Source: Eledone cirrhosa (taxonomy: Eukaryota). From it: a DNA stretch of 64,000 nt. Below the pieces are notes generated by a model that had not been told where the DNA came from, made no database searches, and saw only the letters and a program-made list of their open reading frames with translations. Positions 43,001-54,551 of the stretch are shown here, piece by piece. The stretch covers positions 992,001 through 1,056,000 of the forward strand of contig OZ024756.1 in assembly GCA_964016885.1 (NCBI GenBank), in the 5' to 3' direction. Numbering within the stretch: the stretch's first letter is position 1; each line of letters opens with the position of its first letter. Position numbers and translations under genes: made by a program.

Positions 43001-45519
43001 GTTAGGTTTATGGTAAGGTTGGTATATACCCGTAGCTAAATCTAAAGTTATATCTAGGAAGTTTACTACTTTACTTGTTTTTTCAAAAGTAATATTAAGA
43101 TTATAATAGTCTTTAAGGAAAGTTCTAATATGCTTTTTGTTTTTTTCGATTTCTGAAAGGCTAAGGTTGTTAGAAAGAAGAAGACAGTCATCACGATATA
43201 AACCACCTTTGAGGTGGGGAAAAGAGGCATTTATGTTGAAAAGGAGAAAGAGGCCCACAAGATCAGTAATTTGGGCGGAATCGCTTGAACCCATAGTAAT
43301 ATCAAAAAGATTACTGTATGTGTTTCTGGTCCAGTATTAATTCTGAAATTCAATAAGTGTTTGTCTAGCATGTGTAATAATGTTAATGTCATCCGAAGTT
43401 AAATTAGATCTATTTTTAGCAAATATTAATGCTTTGTTCAGGAGTATGGGTGATATAGAAGAATAGTAATTATCTATATCAAATTGTAGGAAAGAAGCAG
43501 AAGATTTACACCTAATATTTTTAAACCAATTAATTACCTGGGAGGTGTTTTCCCAGAGTGGTAAAATAACGTATTTTCTTATTTGTGGGATGACTCTATC
43601 TAAAATTTTTTTGCTAATTATTCCAATATCTGATTTGGAGGGACATATAAGTCTAATAGAAGGATTAGAGTTAAAGTTAGATTTGTGATCTTTCAGGTTG
43701 AAGTGTGGTCTTTTCAATGCCAAAGGTTCAGTTCTATCATCAATATTTAGTTTTTTTACTATGTTGTGTGTTTTGTTGTTGATGTTGGTGAGTGACACAT
43801 TATTAGATTTTTTATAATTTTTTGAGTTCTTTATATATGAACTCATTATAATGTTCAATATCCATATGATACAAGTTACCAGTTTTGTCCGAGTGGACAT
43901 GGATTTTTTTAGACTTTTTTAGGTCCAATAGGGTAGAATCAAGGTCCTTTTGAAAGACGGATTTATACTTTTTAAATTTGAGGTGTTTAATTAAATTAAA
44001 AAGGTCTTTCTCGAAGTCTTCAAGTAAAAAGTTGTGTGGTGGATTCTTGTAAGTGTTGAAATCATACATATATTTCCGATCTGCTTGTTTAGATTTCCTA
44101 TCGAAGTGGTAGGCTCTCCATCTAACCCTTCTGATAAAATTATTAGTTTTCTGAATCATAAGGAGTAAGAAGTCGTCCTTAGAAGGTATTGGTATGTTTT
44201 TTAAGGAGGTTCCTAAATATTGTTTTTCCATTGTGATATGGATGATGGACAATTGAAAGAGCTCAACTAAATGTATATGGGTTTACAAAATCATACATAT
44301 ATATATGTTTATACATAAATATAAAATTAATACACACATACAGTACAAAAATACGAATATTTCCGTGAAAATAGGAGCAAAATTATGTAGATAAATCTAC
44401 CAAGAGTATACGGTAGTGTCCAATCCGTATGAAGAACTCAATGTATTCCGGATAACATGGAAAGAAGAGATGTAATGAAAATCCACTTTCGGTGAAAGAT
44501 AAACGGTATACAGAGTCAAGATAAAATATTAAACAAATAATGAACAAACAATTCCTTATATTAAACAAAAAAAGTTCACTATTTAACGATCGTTTCTAGG
44601 GTATATATGTGTTATAATTGGTATGCATATTTAACAGATCTATGTACAAAATTATACAAAATTATACAAATTATCAAGATTAAATATACATACCTAACTC
44701 ATATATACGCCGTCTTCAGAAATAATGAAGTATATTTATTGATAATAACAACAATTCAAAATATCAGTTCAAAATTGACCAATGAAAACACAAAGGGTTA
44801 AAAGCAGTTTGGTGTGTGTATATACATGTAAAAACCTTACACATATTTTACAATAATGTGTGTATAATTTGTATGTGTATACTAAAAAGATGGATGCAAA
44901 CACAAAATTTCAAGGTTAATATCTCTGTAAGCTTAATGCGCTGATAAGATACGCAATGATACTTATGGAGTCAAGCATATAAATATATTTTTTTCATACT
45001 CACACATATCAGTATAATCACACATACATGTGCGTATATGCATAAATATACACAAAACCACGAACATACAAACACACACACTCCCCCACTCACATTTATA
45101 TATGTGGATATAAAATCATAAGCAAATAGAAATTAAGTCACTCACATAAAACACTAGCACACACATTTTTCAAGATCAAGATACAGAAATTAGGTGGGAG
45201 GGGGGGGGGAGGGGTCAGTATTAGATTGTCAGACCAGACTGCCTAATATAAATGTATCTATAAATTAAGAAAAATAAAAAAATAAAAACAATAAAATATA
45301 ATAAATATAATATAATGTACATACACATACAGATATACATAGACATACATACATGTACGCGCACATAGAGATATCTACACATACATACATACACACATAC
45401 CTATACAGTCATACACACACATACATTTACACGAACATACACATACACATATAAAAAGATATAAATATACACACACACACGCGCAACACATACACACATA
45501 CACATATATATATATACAC

Positions 45520-45552
<33 letters not shown>

Positions 45553-45649
45553 TAGACTCATATATATATATATATACACATACATATATATATATAAACA
45601 TATATATCCACACACTCATACCACCATAAATACACATACAAACACCCAC

Positions 45650-45693
<44 letters not shown>

Positions 45694-45902
45694 ACATACA
45701 CACACGTACACATATATATATATATATATATATACACATACATATATATATATACACACACATAAAAAACAGACATGCACATATATATACATATATATAT
45801 ATTTCATTACTCTTATATATACACATAGTATATATACATACATAACCTCACTTATACACATATACACATAAGTTATATTACAATAATAATAAAGAATAAT
45901 AT

Positions 45903-45935
<33 letters not shown>

Positions 45936-46045
45936 CACATATATATATATATACATACATACATACACATACATACATACACATAAATATATACATACAT
46001 AAATACACACATACGAATAAAGACATATATTCACACATAGACACC

Positions 46046-46077
<32 letters not shown>

Positions 46078-47120
46078 TCTATATATATATATATATACAT
46101 AAATATATATATATACATATATACACATACACACACACACACACACACAGACACACATACACACTCACATATATATATATATATATGTGTATGTGAGTGT
46201 GCGCAAATACACATATATATACACACACACATACACACACAAACACATACATATGCATACGTGCACACACACACACATATATCACATAGATACGAAGATA
46301 AACATATAAATAGAGAGACATACAAATATATACAGAACCCATATACACATACATACAAACACGCATATACATATACATACATATATACACACATATATAT
46401 TCATATATACAAGCATACACATACATACACATATATACATATACATACACATATACATACCACACATTCACATACACATACATATATAATACATATATAT
46501 ACATATATATACACACATATGTATGTACAATCATATATACACACTCAATCTTACATTCATATTTACATGCTCATATATGTATTTTTATATTTAGAAATAA
46601 ATACCAAAACCTATATAGACACCCACCTACACATATATTCATACATATACGCTTACAAAAACAGATGATAATAGTATGGGGGAAAGGGGGGGTTTGGAGA
46701 AGGGGATCAAAGTAAATATATGTTTCAAGAAACATATAATATTTTCCGTATCTTAATTCAATGTATGTTCTTACATATTTTCAGTGCTAGGAAACACGAA
46801 ATCCATGCATCTCAAAACAAAAAAGTATACCATTAATCATATGTTAATTAAACCAAAGATAGTTAACATATTGATTTCCAAGGTGTAAATTAGTTAGGTT
46901 TATAATATTTGAAGCAGAATTATGAAGTCAAACAGTAGTAGATTATTAATTACATTATAACTAAATTAAAGTTAATAACGTTATGGTATCAATATTAGGA
47001 GATGAATTTAGTAATAGGGAAAAGAAACCCAAATAAAATAAAGTATTACATCGGTAGTAGCATATAAATTATATGTTAACTAAATTAAAAATTATATATT
47101 TATTTCAATAGTATACGTTA
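38450..47120 (-). mobile_element. Full-length Naiad-like PLE in partial tandem: partial 3'UTR plus pLTR (47120-44383), 5'UTR, ORF, 3.3 kb 3'UTR, pLTR
   Basis: 38450-41057 is directly repeated at 44520-47120; RT-EN ORF lies between. Confidence 0.9.
41792..44231 (-). pseudogene. PLE reverse transcriptase plus GIY-YIG endonuclease (about 810 aa) with one frameshift near 43820 and one TAA at 43337-43339
   Basis: MEKQYLGTSLKNIPIP, DKTGN, FDIDNYYSSI, MGSSDS, YRDD, FLDITL, YHKP, CNC..CPLKGNC, IVY..YIGAT, CRLC. Confidence 0.92.
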
Positions 47121-47141
47121 ATATATAAAAAATCTAATAAT

Positions 47142-49148
47142 GTGTCACTCACCAACATCAACAACAAAACACACAACATAGTAAAAAAACTAAATATTGA
47201 TGATAGAACTGAACCTTTGGCATTGAAAAGACCACACTTCAACCTGAAAGATCACAAATCTAACTTTAACTCTAATCCTTCTATTAGACTTATATGTCCC
47301 TCCAAATCAGATATTGGAATAATTAGCAAAAAAATTTTAGATAGAGTCATCCCACAAATAAGAAAATACGTTATTTTACCACTCTGGGAAAACACCTCCC
47401 AGGTAATTAATTGGTTTAAAAATATTAGGTGTAAATCTTCTGCTTCTTTCCTACAATTTGATATAGATAATTACTATTCTTCTATATCACCCATACTCCT
47501 GAACAAAGCATTAATATTTGCTAAAAATAGATCTAATTTAACTTCGGATGACATTAACATTATTACACATGCTAGACAAACACTTATTGAATTTCAGAAT
47601 GAATACTGGACCAGAAACACATACAGTAATCTTTTTGATATTACTATGGGTTCAAGTGATTCCGCCCAAATTACTGATCTTGTGGGCCTCTTTCTCCTTT
47701 TCAACATAAATGCCTCTTTTCCCCACCTCAAAGGTGGTTTATATCGTGATGACTGTCTTCTTCTTTCTAACAACCTTAGCCTTTCAGAAATCGAAAAAAA
47801 CAAAAAGCATATTAGAACTTTCCTTAAAGACTATTATAATCTTAATATTACTTTTGAAAAAACAAGTAAAGTAGTAAACTTCCTAGATATAACTTTAGAT
47901 TTAGCTACGGGTATATACCAACCTTACCATAAACCTAACCAAAACTTACATTACATACACTCACAATCTAATCACCCTAAATCTATCCTTAAAAACCTTG
48001 CATATAATATATCACTTAGAATTTCTAACCTTTCTTCTAACCAAGATGTATTTGATAAAAATGCGACCTTTTATAATGAAGCTCTAGATAGAAGTGGCCA
48101 CAAAAATAGATTAGAGTATATACCTTCTACTAAAAATACTGAAAGCATACAGCATAATATTACCAACAAACACCAAATGAAAAGTACACACCTAAATGCC
48201 ACCCACAGTATACCCCAAAATACTAAATCTTCTAATATAAAGTATAGTAACCCTCAAAAAACTACTCATCATACAACTATAATAAATATTAATAATAAAA
48301 CTCCTAATAAAAAAGATAAAACACCTAAATCTACAAATATAACTAAAAATAGTTGTGGTGAGATCATTAACATTAATCCTCCTGGTAAAAATCATGATAC
48401 AACATATAAAAATAATAAAAATAATAAACAACATAGAAACCGTAATAGACGAGTTACTTGGTATAATGCTCCTTTTAATTTACAAGTTAAGGATAATATT
48501 GCTAAAAAATTTTTTTATATCCTTGAGAAAAACTTCCCGCCAAACCACAAATACCATCAAATCTTAAATAGATCTACAGTTAAATTCTCATACTCTACAA
48601 CAAATAACATAAAACAAAATATAAGTGCATATAATGCATATAAATGTAAGAAAACCATAAGTATACCACCAGTACATCAAATTAACAATAATATCTCCTC
48701 AAATACAGAATTAACGAAAGGATGTAACTGTAGAAACAAAACAAACTGCCCATTAAAAGGGAATTGTCTTGTTAACAACATAGTCTATAAATGTAATGTT
48801 AAAACTAAAGATTCTATCTGCTCATATATAGGAGCTACCTCTAACAATTTTAAGACAAGGTATAATACCCACAAACATAGCTTTAAAAATGCCGCACTGG
48901 CTAATACAACATCTCTAGCAGAAAAAATCAATAGTTATAAAAATAAAAATATAAAATATGATTTGACCTGGAGTGTGCTCAAAAGAGCCACCCCTTATCA
49001 AAATAATAGAAAGGAATGTAGATTATGTTCCCAAGAACTATTTGAAATAATGAAGTCTAGGGATATCTTATTAAATAAAAGACAGGAATTAATTATATCG
49101 TGTAATCATAAACTAAAAAAAACATTTAAATATTATAAACCTAATTAA
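47142..49148 (+). CDS. PLE RT plus GIY-YIG, open over 668 codons but lacking the N-terminal ~145 aa
   Basis: Same motifs as above; GAA where the minus copy has TAA. Confidence 0.88.
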   Translation: MSLTNINNKTHNIVKKLNIDDRTEPLALKRPHFNLKDHKSNFNSNPSIRLICPSKSDIGIISKKILDRVIPQIRKYVILPLWENTSQVINWFKNIRCKSSASFLQFDIDNYYSSISPILLNKALIFAKNRSNLTSDDINIITHARQTLIEFQNEYWTRNTYSNLFDITMGSSDSAQITDLVGLFLLFNINASFPHLKGGLYRDDCLLLSNNLSLSEIEKNKKHIRTFLKDYYNLNITFEKTSKVVNFLDITLDLATGIYQPYHKPNQNLHYIHSQSNHPKSILKNLAYNISLRISNLSSNQDVFDKNATFYNEALDRSGHKNRLEYIPSTKNTESIQHNITNKHQMKSTHLNATHSIPQNTKSSNIKYSNPQKTTHHTTIININNKTPNKKDKTPKSTNITKNSCGEIININPPGKNHDTTYKNNKNNKQHRNRNRRVTWYNAPFNLQVKDNIAKKFFYILEKNFPPNHKYHQILNRSTVKFSYSTTNNIKQNISAYNAYKCKKTISIPPVHQINNNISSNTELTKGCNCRNKTNCPLKGNCLVNNIVYKCNVKTKDSICSYIGATSNNFKTRYNTHKHSFKNAALANTTSLAEKINSYKNKNIKYDLTWSVLKRATPYQNNRKECRLCSQELFEIMKSRDILLNKRQELIISCNHKLKKTFKYYKPN

Positions 49149-50929
49149 TAACATTATTCTAGAATTTAATTTAATTTAAATGTTAGTTGACCTATAAATT
49201 TAATTTAATTAATATTTTATTACAGATGAGAAAATATTATGTAATCATAAATTTTGAAAAACATTTAAATATTACTAATATATACTCAGTAATTTAATTT
49301 ATAGATTAATTTTAATTTATTTTAACCTTTTATTATAATTTTTTTTTATTATAATTCTTTTACAGATAAAATATAACAAAATAATATCATGTATCCAATG
49401 ACGGAGTAAGAATTTTTAGTATTATAGACCTAATTAATATACATTTTGGAAATATATTTATTATTTGGTTTTAGTTTTAATCAACCTAAAACTTTAATTT
49501 TAATTGGCTTAAAATTAGTATCCTTGTACAGACGAATTGCAGAATGTCATGTAATCATAGAATGGGATGTGTTTTGGATATATACCTAGTTAATATATTC
49601 TGTGCAATTTTTTGAAAAAGATATGTATATCTATATGTATATGTATATGTGTGTGTTGCGTATGTGTATCTGTATGTATGTTTATGTGAGTATATATGTA
49701 TATATGTGTATATATATGTATATATATATATATATGTGTGTATATGTATATGTATGTGTATGTGTATGTATATGTATATGTATGCGTATTAATTTTGATT
49801 TTTATTTGCATATAATTATATTATGATATTGATGAAATACAATATCTGCTTTATGTATTGTATACCTAATTAACATATACTAATTAACGTATACTATTGA
49901 AATAAATATATAATTTTTAATTTAGTTAACATATAATTTATATGCTACTACCGATGTAATACTTTATTTTATTTGGGTTTCTTTTCCCTATTACTAAATT
50001 CATCTCCTAATATTGATACCATAACGTTATTAACTTTAATTTAGTTATAATGTAATTAATAATCTACTACTGTTTGACTTCATAATTCTGCTTCAAATAT
50101 TATAAACCTAACTAATTTACACCTTGGAAATCAATATGTTAACTATCTTTGGTTTAATTAACATATGATTAATGGTATACTTTTTTGTTTTGAGATGCAT
50201 GGATTTCGTGTTTCCTAGCACTGAAAATATGTAAGAACATACATTGAATTAAGATACGGAAAATATTATATGTTTCTTGAAACATATATTTACTTTGATC
50301 CCCTTCTCCAAACCCCCCCTTTCCCCCATACTATTATCATCTGTTTTTGTAAGCGTATATGTATGAATATATGTGTAGGTGGGTGTCTATATAGGTTTTG
50401 GTATTTATTTCTAAATATAAAAATACATATATGAGCATGTAAATATGAATGTAAGATTGAGTGTGTATATATGATTGTACATACATATGTGTGTATATAT
50501 ATGTATATATATGTATTATATATGTATGTGTATGTGAATGTGTGGTATGTATATGTGTATGTATATGTATATATGTGTATGTATGTGTATGCTTGTATAT
50601 ATGAATATATATGTGTGTATATATGTATGTATATGTATATGCGTGTTTGTATGTATGTGTATATGGGTTCTGTATATATTTGTATGTCTCTCTACTTATA
50701 TGTTTATCTTCGTATCTATGTGATATATGTGTGTGTGTGTGCACGTATGCATATGTATGTGTTTGTGTGTGTATGTATGTGTGTGTGTATATATATGTGT
50801 ATTTGCGCACACTCACATACACATATATATATATATATATGTGAGTGTGTATGTGTGTCTGTGTGTGTGTGTGTGTGTGTATGTGTATATATGTATATAT
50901 ATATATATTTATGTATATATATATATAGA

Positions 50930-50961
<32 letters not shown>

Positions 50962-51071
50962 GGTGTCTATGTGTGAATATATGTCTTTATTCGTATGTGT
51001 GTATTTATGTATGTATATATTTATGTGTATGTATGTATGTGTATGTATGTATGTATATATATATATATGTG

Positions 51072-51104
<33 letters not shown>

Positions 51105-51313
51105 ATATTATTCTTTATTATTATTGTAATATAACTTATGTGTATATGTGTATAAGTGAGGTTGTGTATGTATATATACTATGTGTATATATAAGAGTAA
51201 TGAAATATATATATATGTATATATATGTGCATGTCTGTTTTTTATGTGTGTGTATATATATATATGTATGTGTATATATATATATATATATATATGTGTA
51301 CGTGTGTGTATGT

Positions 51314-51351
<38 letters not shown>

Positions 51352-51448
51352 GTGGGTGTTTGTATGTGTATTTATGGTGGTATGAGTGTGTGGATATATA
51401 TGTTTATATATATATATGTATGTGTATATATATATATATATGAGTCTA

Positions 51449-51481
<33 letters not shown>

Positions 51482-52271
51482 GTGTATATATATATATGTG
51501 TATGTGTGTATGTGTTGCGCGTGTGTGTGTGTATATTTATATCTTTTTATATGTGTATGTGTATGTTCGTGTAAATGTATGTGTGTGTATGACTGTATAG
51601 GTATGTGTGTATGTATGTATGTGTAGATATCTCTATGTGCGCGTACATGTATGTATGTCTATGTATATCTGTATGTGTATGTACATTATATTATATTTAT
51701 TATATTTTATTGTTTTTATTTTTTTATTTTTCTTAATTTATAGATACATTTATATCAGGCAGTCTGGTCTGACAATCTAATACTGACCCCTCCCCCCCCC
51801 CTCCCACCTAATTTCTGTATCTTGATCTTGAAAAATGTGTGTGCTAGTGTTTTATGTGAGTGACTTAATTTCTATTTGCTTATGATTTTATATCCACATA
51901 TATAAATGTGAGTGGGGGAGTGTGTGTGTTTGTATGTTCGTGGTTTTGTGTATATTTATGCATATACGCACATGTATGTGTGATTATACTGATATGTGTG
52001 AGTATGAAAAAAATATATTTATATGCTTGACTCCATAAGTATCATTGCGTATCTTATCAGCGCATTAAGCTTACAGAGATATTAACCTTGAAATTTTGTG
52101 TTTGCATCCATCTTTTTAGTATACACATACAAATTATACACACATTATTGTAAAATATGTGTAAGGTTTTTACATGTATATACACACACCAAACTGCTTT
52201 TAACCCTTTGTGTTTTCATTGGTCAATTTTGAACTGATATTTTGAATTGTTGTTATTATCAATAAATATAC

Positions 52272-52426
52272 TTCATTATTTCTGAAGACGGCGTATATAT
52301 GAGTTAGGTATGTATATTTAATCTTGATAATTTGTATAATTTTGTATAATTTTGTACATAGATCTGTTAAATATGCATACCAATTATAACACATATATAC
52401 CCTAGAAACGATCGTTAAATAGTGAA
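52272..52426 (+). ncRNA. Type-I hammerhead with a ~116-nt stem II insert (family K); copies at 38505-38659 and 44575-44729 on minus
   Basis: ttcattattt-CTGAAGA-cggcgtatatatg...catatatacccta-GAAA-CGATCG-TT-aaatagtgaa; 10-bp stem I. Confidence 0.7.
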
Positions 52427-52841
52427 CTTTTTTTGTTTAATATAAGGAATTGTTTGTTCATTATTTGTTTAATATTTTATCTTGACTCTGTATACCGTTT
52501 ATCTTTCACCGAAAGTGGATTTTCATTACATCTCTTCTTTCCATGTTATCCGGAATACATTGAGTTCTTCATACGGATTGGACACTACCGTATACTCTTG
52601 GTAGATTTATCTACATATATATATATGTATATATAGTATTAAGGATACTATTTTTGGTTATGTATGTAATAAAACCTTTTATGGTACTATATTTTTTATA
52701 CAAACCCTAAATAGTGAAAGATAGTCCTTCATTACTATCTTATTACCAGTAAGATAAATAGCTCAATGTAATAACATCGGTTGTTTTACAGAGCAGTTAT
52801 ATAGAGATTACAATAATCAAAGTTCAGTTTAAATCATTTAT

Positions 52842-52890
52842 TTGCCTACAATTGTTTCCTCCAAACCGAGGTTTGGATTCTTCGGAGCAA
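52842..52890 (-). ncRNA. Hammerhead with variant core CCGAAGA (family L), probably impaired
   Basis: Minus strand: ttgct-CCGAAGA-atccaaacctcggtttggag-GAAA-CAATTG-TA-ggcaa. Confidence 0.6.
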
Positions 52891-53934
52891 CTATTTAGTG
52901 ATCTATAACATACTTGACCTCCTTTTCAACACAAGAGACATATAAAACATATGCATATATTGATCCACAGTGGGATGACAGCCATCAAAATGATATAGCA
53001 TGGCAATTTACATATAAAGGTTAAAGGATAAAAATAAGAATAAAAATGAAAATAAAAATGAAGCGTTGGCAGTCTATGAAGATAAAGCAAGAGGAAAGTT
53101 TAGAGTAGTCAGTGTATGAAACAATCTCACGTGTAGCATGCACGCGTGTCTTATTTATACAGGATTAGAGTGCGTAAGAACGTTATTTGTTGGGTCAGGC
53201 AGTTGAAGCAGGCAATCGATATTATTATGTGGGCTGAATTATTAAGTCATTTATTCGCATACACCTGTATGGTATTCAGTCCCGAATGTAGAGAAACACC
53301 AAAATATCAAAAATTTCAAACATATTATAAACCATATTGTATCGTAGGCAAAACAGTACCACTGTCTTCGCTCACACCACCGCTCACATAATCCATGAGA
53401 CGCGATATATAGAACACGGGTCTATCATATAATTCACGATGGTTCAGCATATAACCAAGTTATAAACCGTATCTTGTCGATTCTTAATTAATAGATCATG
53501 TTGTTTAGTTTTGTGTGATGATATTATATTCCGGAAGTGTGTGTATGACCAAGGGGAATTAATGCGTAAGGGGAGGTAACTAGCTGGTTTTCTTAGTTAA
53601 ATTTATTATCATAAATTATATTAATGGTGTTTCAAATAAGTGCCTATCATATGATGTTATAACTAATTTCTAGAATATGTTACTTATTTATAGGTTACAG
53701 TGTTGTCCATTAAGAAGTACTAGGGTGTATATATTAGGATGATTACCTTCTATTAAGGGGTGTCATATCTGAACATTTTATAAGAGGAGTCAGACTCCCA
53801 AATCAATGTTCCATGTAAATGTAATTCCTCCCGCAGGACCTGGCATGGTCCTATTATTATATATGACTCCCGGTAGGCTCTGGGTCATTGTATGTCTGAA
53901 TCCTTGGTAAATCTGAATATCTTCAGGATGGTCC

Positions 53935-54247
53935 GGAGATCAAATTTCTCATATAAAGACACCAGTCTGGCCATCAAGCAATAAACTACCCCCATCTCAT
54001 ATATAAATTAAATTAGGTATCTTATCTACAAATTAGAGTGGAGTCTATTAATAGGTACTAAAGGAGTTCATATCATGATGATTACAATCTGGAGATTAAA
54101 TCTCTCATATAAGGACACCAGTCTGGCCATCAAGCAATACATAAACTCCCATCTCACATATAAATTAAATTAGGTATCTTATCTACAAATTAGAGTGGAG
54201 TCTATTATTAAGTACTAAAGGAGTTCATATCATGATGATTACAATCC
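53935..54247. repeat. Two-copy tandem duplication, unit about 156 bp
   Basis: ggagat.aaat.tctcatataa.gacaccagtctggccatcaagcaata...ggagttcatatcatgatgattacaatc occurs twice. Confidence 0.85.
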
Positions 54248-54551
54248 AACATGGAGTGCCACACCTGTCGAGATGTTATGGTTTTTCGTAGACAACAGAA
54301 CATGGTGGTTTTCAGTATCTTGTTAGCCTGGCTAAGGCTTACGATATTTCGTTTCTGAATTTGTTTAGCAAGATTCTTTATCTGAAATCGTGTGTTGAAA
54401 CCGATATTGTGATACTTTGGGAGGGTCATGTTGCCAATAAGAAGCACAATTTAGTATAGCTAGATCCTAACTTAGAAATATTATAGAACAGTATAGCAAG
54501 AAGCATAATAGAATAGAGGCCCAGCAACTGGGAGAAAAATTTGCAAATGGC

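Larger units (their letters stand above)
47125..52615 (+). mobile_element. 5'-truncated inverted copy of the same Naiad-like PLE
   Basis: Reverse complement of about 38450-43817 plus complete pLTR end; finishes in (TA)n. Confidence 0.92.
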
